A stretch of DNA of 64,000 bases from an uncultured Nitrospiraceae bacterium (GTDB taxonomy: Bacteria; Nitrospirota; Thermodesulfovibrionia; Thermodesulfovibrionales; UBA6898), in NCBI GenBank assembly GCA_963811165.1, contig CAWEQH010000004.1, forward strand, positions 384,001-448,000, in the 5' to 3' direction. Positions 1 to 8,761 of this stretch are shown in pieces (position 1 is the first letter of the stretch; every line of letters starts with the position of its first letter). The notes below the pieces were generated by a model. It ran no database searches. It was given only the letters and a program-made list of their open reading frames with translations, and was not told the DNA's origin. Position numbers and translations under genes: made by a program.

Positions 1-98
1 CCCTTCCCCAGTTCAGGTAGTTTTCCAGGACCAAAGATAATCAGGGCTATCGCCAGGATTATAATCATGTGCAGCGGTTGAAACAATCCTTCAAACAT
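1..98 (-). CDS. tatA: Twin-arginine translocase TatA/E subunit (5' part, runs off the window edge)
   Basis: Reverse strand reads [32 protein letters not shown], the same as the N-terminus of 17244..17519. GGAGGTGA RBS upstream. Not in the ORF track. Confidence 0.9.
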   Translation of the reverse strand, partial: MFEGLFQPLHMIIILAIALIIFGPGKLPELGK

Positions 99-183
99 AG
101 TTCACCTCCTATTGGTTCATTATAGCGGTTCTGGAGTAGCTTTGCCTGTTTATATCACTTCAGGTTTTTGAGGATGCAGGGGG

Positions 184-268
184 AAATAAAATCGGGCAGG
201 TCTGGGAATCAGGGATCGACCTGACCGATGTAAGTTCAACTGGGCATCATTTGGAGTGGCTTACCTTC
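184..268 (-). ncRNA. Candidate structured RNA/terminator element, copy 1
   Basis: Stem ATCGGGCAGGTC (191-202)/GACCTGACCGAT (218-229) followed by a U-tract on the minus strand. Homologous to 864-964. Confidence 0.45.
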
Positions 269-358
269 AACCTTGTCTTTCTTCGCCTGTCTTTTTTCTT
301 TCAGCGTGTGCTGTGGTTTTTTCTTTGCATTTGGTTTTTGCTTATTTTCTTTGCTCAT
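236..358 (-). CDS. Small Lys-rich hypothetical protein (40 aa)
   Basis: GGAGG RBS, then MSKENKQKPNAKKKPQHTLKEKRQAKKDKVEGKPLQMMPS*. Below the ORF-track cutoff. Confidence 0.6.
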   Translation of the reverse strand: MSKENKQKPNAKKKPQHTLKEKRQAKKDKVEGKPLQMMPS

Positions 359-482
359 GCTGTCCTCCTTTATATAAGACTTACTTTCATTATACTGCAT
401 CCCTCAAAATGCTGCGTTCCGAATACCACTCCATCGCCCCCGATCATGTCTTAAATCCTATTATGGATAGCCTTACAACACT

Positions 483-773
483 TTAACAACGAGATAGATT
501 GCTACGGAGTACTTTCATCTGCCTTATATCATGGAGGTTTGATGTTTCCAATGGTGGTCTGGAAAGTAATACATGAATATATATGTAAAAGGCACATCCC
601 TCACATGATTTGATCCTTTCGGTGTGCTTACCATGCACCTTACCCCCACATAATGTCTTTGGAACGAGCCAGCACGATCTGCCCGCATTCTGCTCTACCG
701 CAGGGCATAATGAATCTTTTCCATGACCGCAGTTATTGTAATGCCAGCAGTGCATATTCCTACTACTTTCCAT
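483..773 (-). CDS. Small Cys-rich protein, two-CW-domain-like
   Basis: CWHYNNC..CPA....GRSCWLV..TLCGG...C..C pattern. Confidence 0.65.
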   Translation of the reverse strand: MESSRNMHCWHYNNCGHGKDSLCPAVEQNAGRSCWLVPKTLCGGKVHGKHTERIKSCEGCAFYIYIHVLLSRPPLETSNLHDIRQMKVLRSNLSRC

Positions 774-863
774 AATCCTTCCCCCTTTCTAAAAACCGAT
801 CCACATTACGAGCACATAGGTACATTAACACAGAAGGTCATTATTGGTTTTTTTGACTCTGTC

Positions 864-964
864 AAAAAAATAAAATCGGGCAGGTCTGGGGATCGGGGAA
901 TGACCTGCCCGATGTGAAAAGAAGGCACGTCTTAAATGGGGATCATTTGGAGGGTCGTGCCTTC
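864..964 (-). ncRNA. Candidate ~100-nt sRNA, copy 2 (two hairpins with C-rich loops and an intrinsic terminator)
   Basis: Stems 921-929/956-964 and 875-886/902-913, U-tract at 864-874, and an extended -10-like TGcTATCAT at 971-979 on the minus strand. Confidence 0.55.
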
Positions 965-1079
965 AGGTGTATGATAGCACATACGAGACTCTTTTCATCT
1001 CTTTTCTTCAATAGCTGCCTGTTCTCTTCCCTCTCCCAATTCTGTATACTTTCAATTATAAATCCATAAGGGGGATATC

Positions 1080-1241
1080 ATGACCAAATCAGAACTCATC
1101 GAAAAAATGGCGAAGGATGTAGACATCTCAAAGGCAGTGGCGGGGAGGGCATTAGATTCTTTCATTGATGGGATAGTAGCAATCAGTAACCCGTTCCACG
1201 GCTCCTGTCCCGAACAAAGAACAAGCATGAGCCTCCCATGA
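1080..1241 (+). pseudogene. Truncated HU DNA-binding protein (N-terminal ~32 aa only)
   Basis: MTKSELIEKMAKDVDISKAVAGRALDSFIDGI is a typical HU N-terminus, followed by unrelated sequence. GGGGGA RBS. Confidence 0.75.
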
Positions 1242-1370
1242 AGATAAATTGCACGGCACCCGAACCATGCTCGGTCACTGTAGCTCGGCTCATCCATGAT
1301 GGATTCAACGACCCATAAGAGGGGATTTTGAGGTTTTTTCTTCTTTGATGGGGAAGTCATTAATTCAGAG
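1175..1370 (-). pseudogene. Truncated hypothetical protein fragment (TfoX-N-like)
   Basis: Part of ORF 1052..1420 (WFGCRAIYLHGRLMLVL...EPWNGLLIAT). The rest of that ORF is the antisense of the HU fragment. Confidence 0.45.
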
Positions 1371-1388
1371 CAGAAGGAGTCTTCATCT

Positions 1389-2147
1389 TTATATTTTTTC
1401 CTCAATAGCTTTCCTAACAAACATTTTAAACTTCTCTAAGACTGCCTTAATTTCTTCATTAGTTTCTTTCAGCGGTCTTTTCTTTGGATGTCCAACATCG
1501 TTTCTCAATTTGGTATATAAGGTTTGTTTCCCCTGTCTATCGGGAAACTCTTGCACTGAGGGTTCCTCTTGACGAATGAATTCATCAACAAATTTTTGGT
1601 CATCACCCAATACCTGTAGCAAAATATTGTAAAGTGACATAAATACTGCAATGGGGTCATTATTAAGTAAGATAAATCTGTATTCACTGTAGTAGTGATC
1701 TTTCAAATTATCTTCGTAAGGCAACCCATCCAGCAAAATTTTTATCTTATCGCTTGGGGGAGGCGTGATCTTTAAATCAGCACTGACTGTTACACGACTA
1801 GTTATTGTAGAAGGATGAATTATCACTGATTTCATACCATCTTCCAAGGTAATTTCCTCTACTATGGTTCCAGAATATAACCGAGGTATTCCAATAATGG
1901 CATTAAAGGTAAAGGCTATTCGATTAAGGATTTTGTCGGAAAAATAATTTGCTATCTCACAGGCTTTTTCGAGTGACTGCTCATTGATAATCGAAAAAAT
2001 TAATATAATTTTGTCAGCCTCTTTAGATTCGAGGCATACCCTCTCTATTGAGGGATGCTGTATATCGAAAATAATTGGTTCCGAGAAAAGGACTCCTCTA
2101 TATTGCGCAAAATATTGTACAGTACCTTTAAATATTCTCGTCTCCAA
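1389..2147 (-). CDS. Hypothetical protein with a C-terminal HEPN-like RxxxxH motif (MauJ-like)
   Basis: 252-aa AT-rich ORF with LYTKLRNDVGH near the C-terminus. Confidence 0.55.
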   Translation of the reverse strand: METRIFKGTVQYFAQYRGVLFSEPIIFDIQHPSIERVCLESKEADKIILIFSIINEQSLEKACEIANYFSDKILNRIAFTFNAIIGIPRLYSGTIVEEITLEDGMKSVIIHPSTITSRVTVSADLKITPPPSDKIKILLDGLPYEDNLKDHYYSEYRFILLNNDPIAVFMSLYNILLQVLGDDQKFVDEFIRQEEPSVQEFPDRQGKQTLYTKLRNDVGHPKKRPLKETNEEIKAVLEKFKMFVRKAIEEKI

Positions 2148-2211
2148 TTCCTAATACACTCTCATTTACAAATATTCTCATTAGACTCTATTTTTGCTTA
2201 TAATAGTGCCA

Positions 2212-2730
2212 ATGAGCAAGACATTCTCAAACCCCAATCAACTGGAGGAATGGGTAGTTGCCTCCCTGGGGATAGCTAACCGATTTGGAATCGAGAAGGC
2301 ATTAGGATATCTGATCGGAGAAAAATTTTATAATCTAGTCCGTGACCTCTTCGGTTTTCAGAAGATGAGCCGAGTGATTAATAAACAACGAAAACAACTG
2401 AATTATACCCCTATAATTGAAAAGCAAGTCCGCAATCGGCGTTACGTGATTAATTTGGATGAAGTCCATGAGAGAGTAAAAGCTCGCATAATCGAGCGGG
2501 AAGGATTATTGGTGAAGTTTGTCTTCCTAATAAATCAGGCATTCCCCCCTCATGAAATCCGCAAATACTTTGACTCCCATCCACGGTTAGGCGTACATGG
2601 ACATATCTCCACGGAAGAAGATCATGAGTTCCTTATTAAGCATGGGGCAATTGAACACTCAATTGAAACTGAAGTTCAGGATGCTTTGATTTTCGGGGAT
2701 ATGATGAAATATTTTGGGATCAATGTCTAA
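2212..2730 (+). CDS. Hypothetical protein
   Basis: 172-aa ORF; ATG at 2212 preferred. Its 3' end is duplicated near 7676. Confidence 0.7.
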   Translation: MSKTFSNPNQLEEWVVASLGIANRFGIEKALGYLIGEKFYNLVRDLFGFQKMSRVINKQRKQLNYTPIIEKQVRNRRYVINLDEVHERVKARIIEREGLLVKFVFLINQAFPPHEIRKYFDSHPRLGVHGHISTEEDHEFLIKHGAIEHSIETEVQDALIFGDMMKYFGINV

Positions 2731-2908
2731 GAAGCGAAAAGAATATGGCGTGTCCAAAGACAGGATGCTTACCGTTTATCCATCTCTCCATGAGACAAAG
2801 GAAGAGGGAATGCTCAAACGTATTCTCAAAAAGCTGATTCATATACGGAAGGGGCATTGAGAGATAGGAAAAGTGACCCTCTAACATCATAACAAGGGAG
2901 ATATCACA

Positions 2909-3559
2909 ATGAAGGTTATGGCATTCAATGGAAGTCCGAGGAAAAAGTGGAACACGGCAACATTGCTTGGGAAGGCTCTTGAAGGGGCTGCCTCAAAGGG
3001 AGCCAAAACGGAACTTATTCATCTATATGATTTGAACTTCAAGGGATGCATAAGCTGTTTTGCCTGTAAGACCATCGGGGGTAAAAGTTATGGCAGATGT
3101 GCAGTCAAAGATGACTTGAACCCAATTTTTAAGAAAATTGAAAAAGCTGATGCCATAATCTTGGGTTCCCCTATTTATTTTGGTGATGTTTCTGGGGAGA
3201 TGCGGTCATTCATGGAACGACTGCTGTTTGCGAACCTCACCTATACTGATCCCCCTCAGTCGCTTTTCCCCACTAAGATCAAGACAGGGTTCATCTATAC
3301 TATGAATTCTAATGAAGAACAAATGAGGGAACGTGGTTATCTTCAGCTTTTTGGTATGAATGAAACTTACCTCAAGATGATCTTTGGAGCTTCTGAATAT
3401 ATCCTGAGTCTGGATACCTATCAATTTGACGATTACTCAAAGGTGGTTTCAACCCGCTTTGATCCTGAGAAGAAAAAAAAGAGGCGGGAGGAGATATTTC
3501 CAAAGGAGTGTGAAAAAGCCTTCGGCATGGGGGTTAGATTTGCCAATAGTGGGAAGTAA
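2909..3559 (+). CDS. Flavodoxin-family protein (iron-sulfur flavoprotein / NAD(P)H-dependent FMN reductase-like)
   Basis: NGSPRKKWNT, CISCFAC...C and GSPIYFG motifs. Confidence 0.9.
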   Translation: MKVMAFNGSPRKKWNTATLLGKALEGAASKGAKTELIHLYDLNFKGCISCFACKTIGGKSYGRCAVKDDLNPIFKKIEKADAIILGSPIYFGDVSGEMRSFMERLLFANLTYTDPPQSLFPTKIKTGFIYTMNSNEEQMRERGYLQLFGMNETYLKMIFGASEYILSLDTYQFDDYSKVVSTRFDPEKKKKRREEIFPKECEKAFGMGVRFANSGK

Positions 3560-3648
3560 CAGACATGACACAAAACTTAACAACTATTTCTTGCATACGT
3601 AACGATAAAAGGCAATGGACCTACCCCCAGTTGCTGTGCCAATCATAA

Positions 3649-4461
3649 TTAGAGTATCCCAACTACCTTTTCCTCTTCAAGCCTTATGAATTCAGCTGGC
3701 GTCAGATCGCCCAGGGAGCTATGGGGCCGCTCGTTGTTGTAATCAAGCCGATAGTCTTCAGCTATAGCACGGGCATGTCCCACGCTTATGAACCAGTTGA
3801 GATTCAGGCATTCGTCCCTGAACTTGCCGTTGAAACTCTCCATGTACGCATTATCTCCCGGCTTTCCGGGGCGGATGAAATGGAGTTTGATGCCTCGCTC
3901 ATATGCCCATGCATCCAAAGCGTTACTGATGAATTCAGGGCCATTGTCCACGACAATCTTCTCGGGGAGTTCCCGAAGAGCCGCTATTTGGCTCAAAACA
4001 GCACAAACCCGTTTGCCGCCAATCGATGTATCGACTTCGATCTTTAAGCACTCCTTTGTGTAGGTGTCAATGATCGGCAAAAATCTCAATTTCCTCCCGT
4101 TATGCAAAGCATCATGCAGAAAATCCATCGCCCAAAGCTCGTTCGGCCGTGTGGCCTTCTCTACGTCAATCCTCCCTTGGGCAGCCAGTTTCTTCCTCCT
4201 GCGAATCCGTAGTGCGAGTTTCTCTTCCTTGTACAGCCGCTCTGTGCGCTTATGATTTACGACCAAACCTTCTCTTTTAAGCAGGACGTGAAGCCTTCGA
4301 CATCCAAAACGCCTCCTTTGTTCGGCGATCTCCTTCATCCGAATCCGGAGCTCCTCATCTTCATCCGGCCCTGGTTCGTATCGTAAAATGTTTCTGCTTA
4401 ATCCAATAAGCCGACTTGCTCGTCTTTCGCTCAGCCCAAAGCAGTTGATGATATGCTCCAC
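3649..4461 (-). CDS. IS3 transposase OrfB (DDE integrase core)
   Basis: WAMDF, VDNGPEF, ESFNGKFRDECL and RPHSSLG motifs. Confidence 0.95.
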   Translation of the reverse strand: MEHIINCFGLSERRASRLIGLSRNILRYEPGPDEDEELRIRMKEIAEQRRRFGCRRLHVLLKREGLVVNHKRTERLYKEEKLALRIRRRKKLAAQGRIDVEKATRPNELWAMDFLHDALHNGRKLRFLPIIDTYTKECLKIEVDTSIGGKRVCAVLSQIAALRELPEKIVVDNGPEFISNALDAWAYERGIKLHFIRPGKPGDNAYMESFNGKFRDECLNLNWFISVGHARAIAEDYRLDYNNERPHSSLGDLTPAEFIRLEEEKVVGIL

Positions 4462-4484
4462 TGCTGCTCTCCGCGCCTTGGGCC

Positions 4485-4751
4485 TTAGAAGTTTTTTGAG
4501 ATGACCTCTTTGAGCGCCTGATTATCAAGGGTAAGGTCAGCAACCAGATGCTTCAAACGCCGGTTTTCATCCTCAAGCTGCTTCAGCCGCTTCACATCGC
4601 TTGTGGCCATGCCGGCATACTTGGCCTTCCAGTTATAGTATGTGGCGTCGCTCATTCCGTACTTCCTGCAAAGATCAGTCACCGAAATGCCCGCTTCGCC
4701 CTCTTTCAGAATGCTTACAATCTGCTCTTCCGAATACCTGGTCTTCTTCAT
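4485..4751 (-). CDS. IS3 transposase OrfA (HTH)
   Basis: MKKTRYSEEQI...LEDENRRLK. The A6 run at its 3' end fits -1 frameshifting into OrfB. Confidence 0.95.
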   Translation of the reverse strand: MKKTRYSEEQIVSILKEGEAGISVTDLCRKYGMSDATYYNWKAKYAGMATSDVKRLKQLEDENRRLKHLVADLTLDNQALKEVISKNF

Positions 4752-5283
4752 TAATCTGCCTCCTTGCTTTGAGTGTTTATATTACCAACACTCTAATTAC
4801 AAGTGGCACATTTTTCGGGGGACAGGTCCCAATCATAGCGGTATTGGGTTCAATGTGTTGCCATTGCCCTTCATCACTGTCAGTGTCACTCTTGCCATTT
4901 TTGTCATATCCTGTTATCCGAAGCGTGCGATATCTTTCCTCCTTGCAGTCCACTTCATTGTAGCCTCTCATCTCCTTAAAGCTGGGGTCGTCTGACAATA
5001 CTCGTTTATCCCAGAACGTTACCTTATCACCATCATAATGAATGCTTGCAACGTCTATAAAATAAATCGCCGTCCCTGTCGCATTCTTGGTCACCTCAAT
5101 CCAGTCTGCTGTTTCTGCCATCAGTTCGAGTGGAAAAATAATGAGAGCCAGTAACAATAGCATGCGTTTAATGAAGCCCATGAGGTTTTATATCAACTTT
5201 ACCCTGGTGTAGTCAAGATAGTAAAAAAAGTGGTGTCAAAAAAATGTCCGAGTCCAAGGATATAATATAATCTTTCGGAACCC

Positions 5284-5880
5284 CTAGCAACTCCTAGACT
5301 TCTTCTTTTGGATATATTTAAAAACTGACCACCCTGTGATAAAACTAGCGAGACAGAAGATCGCTAAATATTCAGTCTTACTGATGTGAATTCCTAAATC
5401 TTTCAGACTATGCCCCCCCACGTACCCAATTGAAACCATCACTGCAATGGTGAAAATAACCGTAACCGCATCTGCTAACAAGAATTTCAAAGGATGCATC
5501 CTCATGATGCCAGAAACAATGAATATCTGCGTTCTTAGTCCAATGAAATGCCTACCGAGCAAGATAAAAAAGATACCTTTCCTTTTATATCTGTCTTCAA
5601 GGTCTGTGAGTTTTTCTGGAGATAAAAACCTATGGAACCATCTGTGGCATACAACCATGCGACCATATTTCCTGCCAAAAGAATAGATGATAAAATCTGC
5701 TATCAACACCCCGATGTAAATAACGAGCAAGGCAGGAACAGTTTTTACTGTTCGAGCTTGAATCAAGAATCCACATAAAATGAACGTGGCATCTTCGGGG
5801 AAGAGAGGTAGCCCTATGCCTCCGAGAATAAGGAGTACGAAAAGCCCAATGTAGGGCGAATTTGCTATAAGGGCAGTCAT
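5284..5880 (-). CDS. DedA family membrane protein
   Basis: GIGLPLFPED, D...Y.FGRKYG and GRHFIGLR motifs. Confidence 0.9.
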   Translation of the reverse strand: MTALIANSPYIGLFVLLILGGIGLPLFPEDATFILCGFLIQARTVKTVPALLVIYIGVLIADFIIYSFGRKYGRMVVCHRWFHRFLSPEKLTDLEDRYKRKGIFFILLGRHFIGLRTQIFIVSGIMRMHPLKFLLADAVTVIFTIAVMVSIGYVGGHSLKDLGIHISKTEYLAIFCLASFITGWSVFKYIQKKKSRSC

Positions 5881-6076
5881 GGCATCACCCCTTTGGTTCT
5901 GGTGTGCTTTTGTTCTGGATTGTCTGAGGTAATAGGGTTTCCATTAATTGAATGATAACTCTTTCCCCCTCCTCTGTGAACCAACACCCTTTTGTTAATA
6001 AGTAGGGGAGAACATCTTTTTCAATTTGCTGAAGAAATCATTCTGTGACATACATGGTGAGAGGGTAGCGAATGGG

Positions 6077-6217
6077 CTAATTTTGCGACTTGTCGAGAAA
6101 GGGGTACTCCTTTAACAATTTAAACAAAAGAGCTATCTTTTCCTCATGGGTCATGGTCATATATAGTGGCGACTCCTTCAGGATAGAAACCAGCATTCTC
6201 ATTTTTACCATGTCCAT
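6077..6217 (-). CDS. Small hypothetical protein (46 aa)
   Basis: MDMVKMRMLVSILKESPLYMTMTHEEKIALLFKLLKEYPFLDKSQN*, downstream of a sigma54-like site. Confidence 0.45.
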   Translation of the reverse strand: MDMVKMRMLVSILKESPLYMTMTHEEKIALLFKLLKEYPFLDKSQN

Positions 6218-6244
6218 ACCGTCATTGCCTCTGAAATATCTATT

Positions 6245-6259
6245 ACAAAATATATGCCA
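6245..6259 (-). promoter_or_regulatory. Possible sigma54 (-24/-12) promoter
   Basis: TGGCATATATTTTGT on the minus strand; the -12 element is GT instead of GC. Confidence 0.4.
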
Positions 6260-6601
6260 ATGAATAAGCCTCCGCTATAGATAAATCCCAGAGGGCTAGT
6301 TAACTTGAATTGCCTTAGAAATTATGTTGTTACATCAAGTTAATCCCCAGAATGGACAGCGTTATTTTATTGACTGGGCAAGAAACCCTGTGTTATTTTT
6401 AACTCTTTTTTTCATTTTATTGACACACTTCCTGAATTCAGGCATTCAAGTATAGATGAAAAAACTCTCATAGGTTTTGATTTGCCTACAATTTTCATTA
6501 GGGAAGAGGATTTGTAATCAAAATTTCACAGTAAGGTCATTACCCTGTAACATTTCTTTTATTAAAATAAGTAGTAATCCACATGGGGAAGGGGAAATGC
6601 C

Positions 6602-6721
6602 ATGAAATGCATAGCTTGCGGCAGGGAGATGTTAGACAAGTGAACTCATTATGAGTGTTCTAATATTCTTTGTGATTGCGATGAAGAAATTGAAGACAGG
6701 GAATATTGGCATTACTGCTAA
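6602..6721 (+). pseudogene. Small zinc-ribbon-like ORF with an in-frame TGA
   Basis: MKCIACGREMLDK*THYECSNILCDCDEEIEDREYWHYC* after a GGGGAA RBS. Confidence 0.45.
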
Positions 6722-6773
6722 TCCGCTGTGAAAGTTTTCCAGTATCAAGTTAAAAAGAAAGGAGGTGCATAAA

Positions 6774-6983
6774 ATGAATGCTACAGCAAAAGAAGTCAGG
6801 AAATATTTTGAGGCATGTCCGTACTGTGATGCTAAAACCGATATATGTGAAGCGTCCGTGACATCCATCAAAATTGGTGCATTAGTAAGATCAAATCGCT
6901 GCGATAGCGAAAACTATGACAGCTGTTCCCTGTTTTTAGCAAAATGTCTTAGAAGGACACGGCAATACAGTTGTGGGTTTTGA
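6774..6983 (+). CDS. Small Cys-rich hypothetical protein
   Basis: GGAGG RBS; CPYC....IC....C.SENYDSC.LFL. Confidence 0.65.
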   Translation: MNATAKEVRKYFEACPYCDAKTDICEASVTSIKIGALVRSNRCDSENYDSCSLFLAKCLRRTRQYSCGF

Positions 6984-7072
6984 AATAGCCTTGGGCACCT
7001 AAATCTGTTTCCGCATCCCTTCTTTATCCTCCCTTTGGCTTGTGCGGGGAATAAGATAAAGGAATGACCTGA

Positions 7073-7483
7073 TTATCCCTTAATCTTAGACTTCAAAAAA
7101 ACGCCAAGGGTCATATCAGCAGTTCTTACATGATTACTGAACCATTTAATAAGAAGGTTATTGCTCCTTACTATTACGTCAGCCGTTGGTCCCTCAGTTC
7201 CAAACTTTTTCTTTATGTCAGAAAATACATCTATAAACCAGATATGTTGTATCTTGTGCTGGGAATATCTCTGGTATCCCAATTCTGTCATATATTTTTC
7301 TTCTGTGCCGAAATGAAAAAAAATGTATTTATCTAAAAAAGCAATCAGCCCATTTGTTTCGTCCTTGGCTTTTCCCTTTCTCATGGCTGAGTCAAGGTTA
7401 TTTATCGTCTCAAATAATTCTTTATGCTGGGTATCTATCTCTTCCACACCAACGGAAAAGTCTTGAGTCCAATGTAACTGCAT
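7073..7483 (-). CDS. Bacteriohemerythrin
   Basis: W...FSVGVEEIDTQHKELF, HF..EE..M, H...H and W..NH....D iron-ligand pattern. Confidence 0.95.
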   Translation of the reverse strand: MQLHWTQDFSVGVEEIDTQHKELFETINNLDSAMRKGKAKDETNGLIAFLDKYIFFHFGTEEKYMTELGYQRYSQHKIQHIWFIDVFSDIKKKFGTEGPTADVIVRSNNLLIKWFSNHVRTADMTLGVFLKSKIKG

Positions 7484-7740
7484 AAAAAAAGCCTCCTGAT
7501 ATTAAAAAAATATTTATCTGTATTTGTGCCTTACACTTCTTTACTTAGTATATGATAATTAGTGCAGTCTTTGTTCTTGCTGCATATCCGATCTCATCTT
7601 CTAAGCGATACCAAAACCACCCAACGGGGCAGCAACCCAAATCGCGCTGGAGTAATTCTCAAGGGGGATGTGCAGCCCTGATCTTCGGGGATATGATGAA
7701 GTATTTTGGATTAATGTCTAGGGAGCGAGAAGATATAACT

Positions 7741-7909
7741 ATAACAAAAAAATTTATCATGTTAGGTATGGTCATAGGGTCATTCGCTGGCAGTTATATT
7801 CCTGTAATTTGGGGTGACAGTGCGTTTTCCACGTCTTCTCTATATCTTTGGTGCTGTTGGAGGTTTTATCGGTATTTGGGCTGGCTATAAAGTAGCTGAT
7901 TGGTTATAG
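7741..7909 (+). pseudogene. Frameshifted small membrane protein
   Basis: TKKFIMLGMVIGSFAGSYIPVIWGDSAFS continues in another frame as IFGAVGGFIGIWAGYKVADWL*. No ATG at the expected start. Confidence 0.5.
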
Positions 7910-7961
7910 CTTTATTTGCGACATGTGTAGTTCTCCGGCATATTAACGTAGAGTAGAAATA

Positions 7962-8120
7962 TTAAGCCTCTTTGGCTAGGCTTATCATCTTAGAATATGT
8001 TTTTTCTAAGAGTTCTACTGCATCGGGTGCTGTTACATATTGTCCAGAGCTAACTGCTTGAATAACTATATCTGCGGCTTTTAACAAAATAGTTAGTTTT
8101 GTTGGATCATCTAGTAGCAT
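7962..8120 (-). CDS. Small hypothetical protein (52 aa)
   Basis: Strong GGAGGTGA RBS; MLLDDPTKLTILLKAADIVIQAVSSG...KEA*. Confidence 0.55.
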   Translation of the reverse strand: MLLDDPTKLTILLKAADIVIQAVSSGQYVTAPDAVELLEKTYSKMISLAKEA

Positions 8121-8761
8121 GGTCATCACCTCCTTTGGGCAATAAAATAGGTGAAATAAAATCTTTGATCCCCTGAATTTTATCAGAATTAAACGGATAG
8201 AGCTAGAATTTCTTCAATAGCAAGCATCGCACTAGTCGGAAAAATCAAACTGACCACTACCCGCCTGAATCGTTAGGTGACTCACAGGCTCTTTGAGTTT
8301 ACAAAAGGGGGTAATCCTTTAAACGTCTTTAAAGCCACGTCCGAGACTCACAAGCCAGGACTATATGTCTGGCTTGTCCCAGAAACCTCCATAACGGCTA
8401 TTGTCTCGTTTTGGTGGGGATTTGGATAACGAGACGGGAGACGATCAGGGTAGGGGGGGTGAGGGGATTATGAAGCTCTCACTTATCAGTAAAATTTCTA
8501 CTAAATTTCTACCGAAATGGAGAACATAAAAGGAAAGGGATTATCTGATGCTGACAACCCCTAAGTCATTGAAATTAAGATAAACGCTTGAAAGTTAAGT
8601 AACTTTTATGCCTTTTTTATCATACAAAAGTTAATTAACTTTGCCACATCCTTGCAAAGAAAGGGTCTAAGTATTGTGATATAATAACAAAAAGTAAGGG
8701 TTTAGAAGGTTTTTGTGCCGGGTTTCACAATCCCTATTTCGGTTTTACAGACGGAGGTTAT

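Larger units (their letters stand above)
3617..4829 (-). mobile_element. IS3-family insertion sequence (IS407-group-like)
   Basis: Imperfect terminal IRs GGACCTACCCCC..TGTGCCA / TGGCACA..GGGGGACAGGTCC, flanking CAAT direct repeat (3613-3616, 4830-4833), and orfA+orfB. Confidence 0.95.
3584..5181 (-). pseudogene. Secreted surface-adhesin-E-like protein interrupted by IS3 (parts 4830-5181 and 3584-3616)
   Basis: Signal peptide. Removing the IS and one CAAT copy restores ...EPNTAM-IAFYRYVCKK*. Confidence 0.8.

Noticed and set aside
1052..1420. 122-aa ORF as a single gene
   Set aside because: It is a chimera of a truncated gene and antisense HU sequence.
8242..8263. AAATCAAACTGACCACTACCCG, resembling a mobile-element end
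   Set aside because: No partner end or transposase found nearby, so it cannot be supported.
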